A DNA stretch of 64,000 nt from Schizochytrium sp. TIO01. Taxonomy: Eukaryota; Protista; Bigyra: Labyrinthulomycetes. The DNA is taken from NCBI GenBank assembly GCA_004764695.1, contig SMSO01000034.1:2542001-2606000 (forward strand), given 5' to 3'. Numbering within the stretch: the first letter of the stretch is position 1; each line of letters opens with the position of its first letter. A program made the translations under genes and the position numbers. Below are positions 30,538-41,800 of the stretch, one piece after another. The notes under the pieces are model-generated. The model had not been told where the DNA came from and made no database searches. It was given only the letters and a program-made list of their open reading frames with translations.

Positions 30538-31873
30538 TGAGCGTCAGGCACACAATGCCGTCAAAGAAGTACTCATGACCATGCATTTAGAGCTGCAGAG
30601 CGAAAAGGATGCCCGTGAGGCCATCAAGGTAGCGCTTGATACTGAAGTAAATGCTCATGCTGGAACGAGAACACTCCTTCAACATGACCAACAGATGCTT
30701 GAAGACAAATCATCTAATTGTGATTCAACAATTGAAGACCCCCACTGTGCATGCGGAAGCTGGTTAAGACAGAGCGATCGACAAGTGTTGATTATGCGTT
30801 CATGTCTAACAATCGAGGAGAAGGCGCACCAGGCCACTAGGGATGTGCTGGAGGCTGAAAGGAAATCCCATCAGGCAACCAGAGTGGCGCTTCGTCTGGC
30901 TGAAAGTAAGATGTGTGACACAGAGAGGTCAACTTATAGCGGCAATTTTAGCAGTAGCACTGTCCCCGGCTTCGACAGCAACAGCAAGATCACGTCCACC
31001 ACAAATGACATGCTTGCAATTACGATTTACAGCAAGAAAAGTGAAGCTCGGCTTTTAGTTTTGGCTTCTGATTATCATGAGCGAGAGGAGCGAATCAAGA
31101 CACTTGAGGAACAGCTCGAGGCTGAAAAATTGGCGCATAAGAATACCAACTTAGACCTAAGGCGCTTGGTGAATAAAGATCCGCGTGCTCAGGCATACTT
31201 TGAGCGAGACATGTACCATGAGCTTAGAGCCGAGCTTCATAACGAACAGGAGCGGGGTCGGGTTACCCAAAATTCACTTCAACTCGAAAAAAACGCACAC
31301 AAACTTTTACAAGAAAGCTGTAACAATGTTCGAAATTCGCTTTTAGAAGCGAATGAATTATATAAGGCTGAGGAAGAAGCGTGTAACTCCAAACAAATGG
31401 AGCTTGTGGCTTTGAAAAAACATAGTCATTCTATTGAAAAGATGCTCGAGAAGGAAAAATCATTCCACGATGCCACTAAGGCAGACCGCCAGGCTATTAA
31501 AAAAGCGCTCTCCGCTGAAGAAATTGCGCACAAGGCCACCAAAGGTATGCTTGAGGCTAGGGATCACGCGCTCCATGTTGCGAAATCAGCCCTCGCATCC
31601 GCCAATGAGGCTCATGAACACATCAAAACAGCGCTCCGAACGGAGCGATTGTTGCACGACTCTACAAAGAGAAATCTTCAGAACGAACTTGAGCGTAAAG
31701 CGACCAAACGAACCCTCGATTCAGCTCATCGCGTTAATAGCGACTCCAAGAGGACTACGTTCGAGGTCGAGGAGCGCAAGAGGCATCAGGCCAATCGAGG
31801 TGTAGGTCAAGACCAAAGCCAGAAAGGTACTGTCGAAGAGGTTGACGCTTTACTTGCTTCCGTTCACCTCTAA
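29861..31873 (+). CDS. Long coiled-coil protein with recurring LxxExxAHxxT motif
   Basis: 670-aa intronless ORF with heptad periodicity. Confidence 0.8.
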   Translation: MSGTDTDDDHEALKDDVMNVLKGASEKLLSVSSDPDHTKVASDFEQTCVTQVKRLCQKIEFLQSNCSRKELRMKTIYDEAEKDRKALLVEQKDHEATREALRTANYQVQKWQHLFHAEQSAASALQEKLVDAKEAHQTTRASLETIQSIKDFHSNVLDKLSEDQLKMTANLGMNGEAQEKMFTAIIQLNRTIRAVLRSHEFVNLSLNKVLEVGEQALEATKNALWSERQAHNAVKEVLMTMHLELQSEKDAREAIKVALDTEVNAHAGTRTLLQHDQQMLEDKSSNCDSTIEDPHCACGSWLRQSDRQVLIMRSCLTIEEKAHQATRDVLEAERKSHQATRVALRLAESKMCDTERSTYSGNFSSSTVPGFDSNSKITSTTNDMLAITIYSKKSEARLLVLASDYHEREERIKTLEEQLEAEKLAHKNTNLDLRRLVNKDPRAQAYFERDMYHELRAELHNEQERGRVTQNSLQLEKNAHKLLQESCNNVRNSLLEANELYKAEEEACNSKQMELVALKKHSHSIEKMLEKEKSFHDATKADRQAIKKALSAEEIAHKATKGMLEARDHALHVAKSALASANEAHEHIKTALRTERLLHDSTKRNLQNELERKATKRTLDSAHRVNSDSKRTTFEVEERKRHQANRGVGQDQSQKGTVEEVDALLASVHL

Positions 31874-32554
31874 AGACAATAATTTTCTTACTAACAGTTT
31901 GCGCTCTCAGGCTATCAGAATTTTTATAAATTACATATGCGATATTGGATACTATCACTTCATTTCCCAAATCAGACCTTACCTAGCGAAAAAATAGAAA
32001 ACATTCTAGCCTACATTATATACATATTTCCCTTCCATCTCGTAACAGAGAGTACATATATTTCCCCTTGAATTGTTTGTCGTTGTTCTCCACATGTGCT
32101 CTCAATCATTTCGTGTATTTCTGTGATTTTGATATCGAGGGCTGGAAAACATGGGATGACTTCAAGGCTATCGTGTCAGCTCACAGAGACACATAGTATG
32201 AACGGATGTCTGCGCACTCCGCAGTGACCTACTTTGTTTACATAGACTCCAAAAACATTTACGAAATCAAACCAATTCTCCCCGCAACTGTTACGCATGG
32301 GCTGGAAGACGTGATGCATCGCCGCCTCAAAGGGAATGGTCGCCTTTTCTTCAATTGTTTGCTTGGGGATGGACATCTTTTCTTTTCGTTTTTTTACTTG
32401 CTTGGAACTTAGCCAAGTCTAAGCTCGTAAGATTGCCATTCTTCCAAAAAGAGGTCAATAACGGAGCTCAATGTGACACTCGATGAAGGGATCAAAGGCA
32501 AGATGTCTGAGGGTGGACCCGAGCTCGACCCAGGCCCTGCGCTGGCAACTTGTG

Positions 32555-34003
32555 TCAAAAGCTGCTCAAGTCTCTCAGTAAGCCTTTTTGATCGGGGCAC
32601 TGCCCTGTGAGCACATACTCGGCAAATTCAATAATGTCAGGATTGAAGTGAGGAATAGTAATCTGCTTATTAGAGGTTGTACGGAGCCGCTTCCTTGCTT
32701 TCATCAGAAGCAACCCGTGGCTATTTTCTTTACACACCTTTATCACAAACTTGAAAGCATGCGCAACAGACATTGTATCCCCCCCCTTGGGCCCTCTGAT
32801 CTCAACCGGCCCAGTCCAGGCCATGTTTCCGGCGCCTGATTTTGGCTGCCTCGAACAAAATCTAACTAAATCATCAAAGGTATCAAATCCAAGCGCGTTG
32901 TAGATACGGCACATCTCAGCGATGCGAGCAGATTCTGGCTTGTGCAAATTCTTCGCAACGTACCTCGAGACCTGAACATCTTTTCGCCACAACCGCTTCA
33001 CAAAGTGCAATTCGTCATTCAGTCGAAGCATGAGTATTTGTACAACAGGACCGCCGCTCTTCACGGCGTCAGGTACCTGATTGTTATCGTAAAGAGTCTG
33101 TAGTCTATAAAAGCGCTCCTTGGTGACATCGAGAGCGTCGTTAGGCGGCACCGCTTTCCGGTGACGTTCAATATCTAGTTCAAAGACATTATCAATCCCG
33201 TAACCATAACCTTTGTAATCAGGCTCGTTAACAATAGCTAGGAGAGACTCATCACTGTCCTCAGGAAGTCTACAATCGCGTCTCTTGGCTTTGCGAGGAG
33301 GTACTGTTGGGTTGTTCTCGAGCAAGGGGACTCTAATGAAGCTATTATACGGATTGGCGCCGCATAAAGACTCCTTGAATCTGTTGAGAAGCAGTACCTT
33401 CCCTGCTTGGGATCCCAGTCGTTCGCCTTGCCATTCATAAACGCGCCGAACCTCTTTATGGATATCCACAATATCTGTGTCCTCGTGATGTCGTCGCGTG
33501 GTATCAATGGCCTCTTGGTACCTCTTCTTAAATGGCACATTTCGAGCACCACTTCCCAAGTAGACAGTGGCCATATGCAGCTTTCGCAAGCGCTTGAGCA
33601 TTTGCAAGACAGTTTCTACGGGGCATACGACGGTGGGGAAATATCCAAACACGCGCTTAAAGTATGATGTCGTGTAGCTGTTGCCAACACTGAGGCATGG
33701 ACTGTAGGCAAAGAGCCACACAGGCACATCCTTTGGAGGGCTTTGATGGATCCACTTTGAACGGTCCCCTTGCCAGACCATTCTGCCTGCACCTTTAAGA
33801 GAACGCTGGACCCACTCTGAGCCATTCCAGTGCCAGATCTTCTTGTCAGCCAATTTGGACTCAATACAACCCTCACCAAAAGCGCGCTTTTTGCGAGCGT
33901 TCATCCCTGGTTCAAAAGCACCACTCAGGACTAGGCATCCGTTGAGAACCTCGGCCAGAAACACCTCAGGCTCCATAGGTCTGAACATGGCCACCTCCTC
34001 CAT
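32555..34003 (-). CDS. C-terminal part of the polymerase-helicase gene (second RecA-like domain of a UL9/OBP-like SF2 helicase)
   Basis: YSPCLSVGNSY...FKRVFGY...QMLKRLR match motifs V/VI of origin-binding-protein helicases. Overlaps the upstream ORF in the -1 frame. Confidence 0.7.
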   Translation of the reverse strand: MEEVAMFRPMEPEVFLAEVLNGCLVLSGAFEPGMNARKKRAFGEGCIESKLADKKIWHWNGSEWVQRSLKGAGRMVWQGDRSKWIHQSPPKDVPVWLFAYSPCLSVGNSYTTSYFKRVFGYFPTVVCPVETVLQMLKRLRKLHMATVYLGSGARNVPFKKRYQEAIDTTRRHHEDTDIVDIHKEVRRVYEWQGERLGSQAGKVLLLNRFKESLCGANPYNSFIRVPLLENNPTVPPRKAKRRDCRLPEDSDESLLAIVNEPDYKGYGYGIDNVFELDIERHRKAVPPNDALDVTKERFYRLQTLYDNNQVPDAVKSGGPVVQILMLRLNDELHFVKRLWRKDVQVSRYVAKNLHKPESARIAEMCRIYNALGFDTFDDLVRFCSRQPKSGAGNMAWTGPVEIRGPKGGDTMSVAHAFKFVIKVCKENSHGLLLMKARKRLRTTSNKQITIPHFNPDIIEFAEYVLTGQCPDQKGLLRDLSSF

Positions 34004-36505
34004 GACAGCTTGTGGCGTTCTCGACGTTGGCTTTCCAAACAGGTCGACTTCACCCTATGACGTATGCCTTTGATCACATCAGCAATGCGTCGGGGCCCCG
34101 TTGATGTGGAACAGGCGACGGCAACAGGACTGCCCTCGACAACAATGGCACGGATGATCTCGCCAAAGAGAGCCTCTCGATCAGGGACTTGAATAATTTG
34201 CTGGCGGTGCGTGCTGTTCACAAAGTAGATTCCCAATGTCTTGGTGGAGTTAGCCAGCCCACGCATGTGATGCGCCGTATCTTTGTCCATGTCTGCGTCT
34301 GTGCAGACAATGAGCCTGGAATTCGCCAAAGTTCTCTTGAAGGCCTCAAAAGGTCCGGCATCTTTGATGTGTCCAGCTGTGAATTCGGCTCGCACCACCG
34401 AAGTTTCGTCAATGCAGACCAGGTCATAGTCTTTGTTTTCACGTGCTTTCAAGGGGAGGCTCTCGATCGTTGTGACGAGACAGTTCGAGTCATGATCAGC
34501 ACTGTAGAGCGTCCATGGGACCCCTGCAGCATTTGCTTCTCGAACAAATTCTTGTGTCAGTGAAACACGAGGCATGATCACTAGCACCGAGCCGCCACGT
34601 TGGGTAGTAGGCTTGATCAAAGTGTTTAGCATAGCATGTGTTTTACCTGAGCCCATGCTTGCTTTCACCAACACAAGGGTTCTCTCTGTGGGAGCCTCAG
34701 CGGTCAGTTCACTGGGGAATTCCATAAACTGCCCGGGTTCATGCTCGAGACGAATTCGTGCATCAACGCCAAGAATGTCTTGAGCCGAGGCGTACCCCAG
34801 TGCCTCTGCTATCTTTTTGTCTTGTAGATGGAGCGTTTTGTGGAAAAAGGTGCGCCGATGTAAGAGCGCACCACTCCCTTGATGATAGATTTCCATCGCA
34901 AGGCCGTCGACACCAATCTGTTCAAAGCGCATTGTAAAGTCTTGAGAAACTTTAAGTAGACCGGACACCCTTTCAAACACGAATGAGGCCTGGTCCAGGT
35001 GAGGGAACAGGCGCCTTGCACAACCTTGAGCAAGCACCTCCAGTGAGTCTGTGTGGCTGTCTTGATGTTTGAGCGTGTCAAGAGCTTGCTGCTCAGGCTC
35101 ACTCAATGATGGATTAACCTGCTTGATACCCCAGACTGTGTCGAGGCCTGTGTGCAACTTTACAAAGAGGGCCAGTTCTTTGAGCAGTTGCGGTGTCAAA
35201 AGCGTGTCATTCTTGGGTAGATAGATGCCATCGTGAAGCCATGACAGCTGGTACGAGTCGCCGACTTTGGGAATTGCCCCTCGGGCAATGAGGAACTTGA
35301 CCGCCAGGGCAGCTTGAACGCACTCAATTTCTTGTGCAAAGTACGATAGAACGGACTTTCGCAGTTTAAACTGATCATCAATCTTACAAACCTTTTGAAC
35401 ATGTTCTGCTAACTGTGGATGAAGCTCCATAACTTTGGCAAGGATATCGTCAATAATGGACGCAAATGCAACAAGCCTCGGGTGGTGATGCTCTGGCGCC
35501 TTACCAAGCACCCCTGAAACCATATTTTTCAAGCGCCCTCCATACCCCAGCCCAAGAACAATTTGCTTCACTTGGCTCCGATGGGTGTCTGGGCCGTAAA
35601 ATTCGGCGATGGAAGCATACTCGGCTTCTTTGTCTGTCACCAGACGCTCCAGGGCCTCTACCTTGAGGCCAGCTTTTTGCGCAAACTGCAGCATGATTCG
35701 AAGATGAGCTGAAGCCATGTCCACTTCGCACATCCCCATAAGGCAGAGGTCGCGCACTCGTCTAGGCAAGTAAACAAATTGCCCATAGAGCGCATCGTAG
35801 ATGCGTCCATACTTTATTTGTCCACGGCGGCCTGTTTGAAGTCTGATTGTGTTCCTACCCTCAGTGTTACATCGCCGCAAGAGCTCTAGTAGCTTTGCAC
35901 GCGAGCCATTAGGCATATACGAACGGTCAAACTCGCTTGCCGAGGCCCCTGGGGAACTGTGTCGATGGGCAAAGGCCTCATGAATGGCGACCAGAAAGGC
36001 GATACTGATATCGATCTTTTCTTGAATTTTGAGTCGCTTTGCATATGCGATGATACGCGTAGAAAGCTCAAGACAGAGCTCGCCTGACGGGCCTAAGAGT
36101 TGATTGGCATAATTGACTGGGTCAAGACAGACCTCTCCTTCCTCAGGCCAGCTGATTGGGAGGTTTTCGCCCTCAGCGAGCTGAGTAACAATCTCCTTTG
36201 CAGTGGCAAGGTCTGTGGCAATCGCGTTGGTGCAGACCACCAGGTTCCCCTCAATGCTGCACTGGAAGTGGCCCGCTTCGGGTAAACGCCGAGCTAGGTG
36301 CTTTTGGATAACAGGAAGCTTGCTTGAAATCTCTTCGGTACTACCATTGTAGGTGAACTGAATGCGTACGGGTCCATCATGATGCACTGGATGTGGTGGA
36401 GCACAGATGCGCCGTCTCTTTCCACAAGATGTGAGGACATATGGTTGATTATTCAAGAATGGGGGGTTCTCTACACAGGACTGGAGCAGGTGTAGCGGGT
36501 GGCAT
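33931..36505 (-). CDS. Family-A-like (TV-Pol-type) polymerase/primase fused to UL9/OBP-like SF2 helicase, frameshifted
   Basis: Pol motifs EVDMASAHLRIM (A), RSQVKQIVLGLGYGG (B), FAQEIE, SWLHDGIY (C). Helicase motifs KASMGSGKT, MPRVSL, TTIESL, YDLVCIDE, CTDAD. Likely ATG at 36505 with a 1-nt shift in the C6 run at 36461-36466; TATA-like TATATATA about 45 bp upstream. Confidence 0.75.
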
Positions 36506-36593
36506 GATGAGCTAGCTCTTGGTCGTTGCTAACGTCAGATGCGCTCTTTCTATATATATGTGTTTCTTGTCCGCGAGCGAGCGAAGATGGTGC

Positions 36594-36880
36594 ACTGAGA
36601 TGTCTATCTAGGTGAGTAAGGTGATTAACTAGTTCCAAGTCGAGGCGGGGCTCGAGGTAGAGAGGCTTGGCTGCCTGCTGAAGGAGCGAATTGGGTTTGA
36701 ATCAAAGTTCAAGTAGCTTTTATGGACTGAGGTATCTGTCTAGGTGAGTAAGGTTAGCAAAGCTGATTAACGAGATCGGAGTCGATGCGAGACTTGAGTT
36801 AGAGGTTTAGTTGCCTAGTGAAGGAGTGATTTGGTTTTGAATCATAATTCGAGCATCTGCTTGTACGGACTAGGAGATGT
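36594..36880. repeat. Two degenerate direct repeats of about 132-140 bp upstream of the polymerase-helicase gene
   Basis: Shared cores TCTAGGTGAGTAAGGT and GAAGGAGYGAWTTGGKTTTGAATCA; units start at about 36594 and 36726. Confidence 0.75.
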
Positions 36881-37744
36881 TTTTTTTGTAAGAAAAACCA
36901 TAGCTAAGGAAGGTACGGCAATGGAAAATTATTCGTCAATGCGCGACGCCTCTTCTTGTTTTCCACAGAGACAAAAAAGTATATAAAACAAAAAAGACCC
37001 CTGCAACAACATCTCGCTTGCTTTATAAAGACAGATGCATTTAAGAAAAAGGGGGCGTCACAGTGGCAGCGCATGGAATTTAGTCTCGGCGTTCAACGCC
37101 TCGAGTTCTGAACATCTGGGCTGCATGAATGATGCTACTCTCCTTACTGCTAGGGTTCATATATTATCTATTTTTGTTTTGGTCCGCACGTACTCAAGCA
37201 GACCCAAATTGACCCTCCCTTGCTCTTTCGTTAATTCTTTAGAGAGCTCAATAGATTTCTGGAACTCCCACAGTCAAGCTTTTCTTTTTCTTTACTAAAC
37301 GAAGGTTTTGTCGTTCTTGTTGTTGAGACACGAACCATCTTTACTATTAGCATTGCCGGCTGGAACCAAAAGTAAAGCGAGGCTGCTCATCACACGATAC
37401 AAACAGAGGAATACAAGATGTGCTGGTCTCTCGACGGGGAGCAAACCAGAGCGGGGACGTGCCATCGCCGCTGTGTTCAACTCATTTTTTAAAAAAAATA
37501 AGAAGAAGAGAAGAAGGCCCTAGTTCGTGCTAACTGTGGCATGAGGTTCATCGCTTGTTGCTTTCATTTCTTGCCAAGGCCATAGACCTACCTTTACATA
37601 AATCTCATTTTCCTTGGAGCTTCTCTATCAAGATCTCAATGAGCCATTTCCTTCGCGAATCAAAAGCATATATTATCTCAACGTTCGCTCAGGGCGATTG
37701 GCAAACGCATAACTCAAACGCAAGCTCACCAAAGAAAAAACAAT

Positions 37745-37948
37745 ATGCAGTGCGCTCTTTGCACGAAGAAGAGCATCACCTCTCTTGTCTACGGCTCTAC
37801 AGGGCTCACTTGCAACAATTGTTGCCGAGAGGTATGCGAGCGAAGGCACTTCGACTATGCTCATACAGCCTGTACAGCCTGTGTTGAGGAGCTCTATCGC
37901 GGTCAAGACAAGTCAGGCACTGCGATGATGATGAAAGACCATCAATGA
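37745..37948 (+). CDS. Possible small zinc-finger peptide
   Basis: 67 aa with CxxC-x16-CxxC-x4-C-x3-H-x7-CxxC spacing. Confidence 0.35.
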   Translation: MQCALCTKKSITSLVYGSTGLTCNNCCREVCERRHFDYAHTACTACVEELYRGQDKSGTAMMMKDHQ

Positions 37949-38756
37949 ACCATTCGCACTTTTTGGTCCTCAGACTAAAAGGAATAGCTTCCTGTCACCT
38001 TCTAAATCATCCGTTACGGGAGGTTAGTTTTAAAAAAATAAAATAAAATGGATCACTTTATTTCTAGTTTTAAAGTAAAGAAAAGGGGTTGATTGTATAG
38101 TTTAAACAGAGGTTACCCACTTGAAGCAATCGCATCAGCTGTTAAGTTTCTACGAGAACATTCCAGGCCGCATCTGCCTGCCATCGCACGTTATTGTCTG
38201 GATGCAAGCAGTGCCATGACTCGTAAGAAACATAATGAAATTGCTGGTACGACAACCCAAGGGTTGTTCTGTTCTATCGTTCTAGTTTAGACCGTTCTGT
38301 TCTAGCAGAGATGTTCTTACAATGAAGTACCTAACTTGGTACTGCTAACCCAAATCGTTCTGTTCTCTTGTTCTTTTGGTGGTCAGAGATCTATGCTTCC
38401 CTCGCAAGTTAAAAAGGTGACCTCTTCGCAGTGGATGTGTCTCCCCTCGCTCCGCCCAGTCCAGCTCTTCAGATCAGTTTTTCTAGCCGGGCTAGAGCCC
38501 CCTCCGCTGCTTGCGTGGCTAGCTTTACTCGTGAAGAGGAGTCGATCTCATCTCCGCCCTAGCAGAAGGTAAGAAGTACCTCTATCTTGATTTGTGCACG
38601 CGCGCGCTACTCTTACCTACTAACTATTGATAGTGCTGGACACACCAAAGCGAAAGAGGGTACTAAACACCGATCAATAACTAACTAACAAAGAGACCAT
38701 TTCCGCCAATTCCCTTTTGATCGAGCGGACCCATCAGCCTTGACCGGCTGACCGCG

Positions 38757-38785
38757 AGAAGAAGAAGAAGAAGAAGAAGAAGAAG
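38757..38785. repeat. (GAA)n microsatellite
   Basis: Seen directly, upstream of the 1202-aa gene. Confidence 0.9.
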
Positions 38786-38885
38786 CGGCCCCCACGCGGC
38801 CTTGATTCGAAGCTCCATCGAAGAGCAAGATCTTCGAAGGCACAGAAGAGCAGCTGCAGGTGTTTGTTGACAGTGTGCACTAAAG

Positions 38886-41800
38886 ATGTTGGCCGCGATG
38901 GCCACGATGGCGCTGCTGCTGCTCGCCAGGGCAGGGGCCACAACAGGCAACTATACTGTGACAGAGTATGCGCCAGATCTATTTCAAACTCGAGTGCAGG
39001 AGGACCTGCTGATGATGTATACCTTTTCGCAAAGCGAGTGCAAAGCTCGGTCCTTTGCGGATGCGGTCAGTACGGATTATGTGGGAGATTTAGCGTATTC
39101 CAGTAGCTGGGCGGTGCTGACAAAATGCCCGACTTATACAGATGCCAATGACACAGAGTTTGACTATGCATACAATGGGGCACATTTCGTGGGCGAGAGG
39201 TACATCGACGGGTCATCAGGTTTGACAAAAGATGATAGTGTGATTAGCTCCAGCACCATTGCTACTCTTGTGAATCAATTGAGCGGTGTGACTGATTTCA
39301 CGCTCGAGTTTTGGATTGTGCCTAGTTTCACCTCCGGAAATACAACCAATCAATATGTTCTGTTTGAGATTGGTGGCACCAAGACTGATTCCACGATCGG
39401 AACCAGTTATACCTGGGTATGCTCCTCGGGAAATTACGGGTTACAAATTCTTTATGATGATACCGCATCAAACCAGTATTTCACAATTGAATACAAACGA
39501 AGCTCCAGCGCATGTGGAACTATTGATACATTTGACTCCACTTCACTAGAAGCTGGTAAGCTCTACCACGTGGTTTTTTCTGCTTACACCAGTGGTTCGA
39601 CCTTTTATGTCAATTTGTCAGTTCAAGCTTCAGGTGACTCGTCAGCAACAACAACACAAGGAGGCGTTGTCGGTAGCATAATCTCCTTCTCCTCGTTCAC
39701 GGCCAGTCACGTCCTGCGCCTGGGTTCTTCGCCTTTGACTCTTTCCTCTTTAAACACCGGCACTAGCCCTCTCTACTCCTGGCCCGGTGACATGATGCAT
39801 TTTGCGTTTTACAGTAGGAGTTTGAATTCTACGGAAATCGCGCAGAACTTTGATGCGAAGCTGCGTAACAGTGCTCCGGTGGCAGCGAATGCGGAAGTGA
39901 GGCACATTTTCTATGAAGATACTCTTACATCAGTGGATTTCACCAAGGCGATTTTCGACTTTGATGATGTTTTTGGCCTCACCAGTGAAGAGATGAGTTA
40001 TCGTTTGGTGGCTGCTGCGGATGGCGATTTGCTTGGCAATCAGTTTAGTATTGATGGTGGTTCTGTGTTTAACTTTTCATCTTCGGTGAGCATTACGAAC
40101 AATGATTTGACCTGGATGAATCTAGAAGCCAACGCTTGGGGATGGGATCCGGACACGACCTTTGGCATCACGGGAACAGACCCTAACGGTGTGACCTCTG
40201 GCACGGGAACAATCAGCCCTGAGGTTTACGGTACCGAGGATACTCCTGAGGAGCTTGATGGCTTGGCGGATGAGAACACGCGCGTGGCTCAAGCGGCAGC
40301 CAAGTTGATCAATTTTACAATTGTGGATATTGATTGCAGTACACGGTCTGTGGAGGAGTCTTCCTCCGGGGTGAATGACACCTTTGACGAGATGGCACTG
40401 AATAAATCGTGCACAGAGATGGGTCAGATTACCAGCATTACGATTTTAGCACCCAACCTGACGGCTCCTTTGGGTCGTTTATACTTGCCTGAAGATGGCG
40501 AGTGCCCCACGTTCAATTCCAGTCGCACAGAGATTACTGCGAACACGACGTTTTCAGCTGGTGATTCAGACTACTGGTATTCTTACCGCGAAGGCAAGGC
40601 GGAGGTGCGTTTGTGCTTTGAGGCCTGCTTGACCTATGATGGTTCAACCAATGAATGCCCTGACGGTGTGGATGGTTCTGCAACCGCCATTTTAGGCAAC
40701 CTGTCGTACTCGTTCTACGGTACTGACAATCAAGGGCAAGATGGCCAAGTTGGTACTGTGACGATTGTGGTGACCAATGTGCTGACCATCTCGCAAGCTT
40801 CGTATATCACCCACGAAGAAACAGCTGTCGAAATCACCTTGTCAGGCACGGATGAGTTTTGCATTCGTTTCAGCGACAATGCTGCGTGCCCCCGCACGAA
40901 AACGTATGAAATCACAGGTTTGCCAGACAGCTATCAAGGCATTGTGTACCGCGACCAAGACGGGACCGACCCTGTCGCCGTAGGAGACATTATTGAAGGC
41001 GACGGCTCCACCGCGACGCTGTGGATTATTCCCACCACGGACTATTTCAGCATGGACAGCTGGCCCATTTGCGGTCCTTCGCTGCGCACGGAGGACAACC
41101 CGACCGTTGCCTCCTACGTCTACTCGTATTGTGTCGAGACGGACGATGCCATCAGCACCTACCCGTGTGAGGGCCCCTTGTGTAACGGCTACACCATCAC
41201 CATGCCGCCTTCTTTTGCTTACAGCAACACCACGGCTGATCTCACGGGCAATGCCATGGGTGGCTGTGGTGCCAGCACCGACGATGGTTGTCCCATTGAG
41301 CTCTACGCTAGTCTTGTCGTCGAGTTATTAACCAGCGAGCCCTTGGCTGCGTCCACAGTTCACGTTTTCAACGAAAATGACCAGCCCACCGTCTACTTTC
41401 CAAACGCAAACTTGTCCGGAGTTTATGTGGCCAATACCACGAGTGTTTCCTGGACTAACTCTACAGGTGGCAAGGAGTATATTCAGATTGTAGATCCTGA
41501 CGGCGATTCTCGCGTGATGGATGTTGTCATTGAGACACCTTCGCGAGGTAAACTCCTTTTTCCTAATGCTACAGCATCAGATCTTAACTTACGGTTTTCT
41601 CTGAACAGTGCCAACTTTATGCAGGGCTCCACCTTGCTGGGTATGACAGGCACACTTTCAGAAATTAACGAAGCTCTCAAGGACTTGCATTATCTTGTTG
41701 AGACTACTGTGAGTTCAGATACTCTTACATTTTATGTGTTAGATAGTACTCGGGACATTGGCCCTGCAAGTTTTAACTCTGATGATCTAAACGCAGCCTC

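Noticed and set aside
34003-34056. Programmed -1 ribosomal frameshift in the polymerase-helicase gene
   Set aside because: No canonical X XXY YYZ heptamer in the overlap; mutation or sequencing error is more likely.
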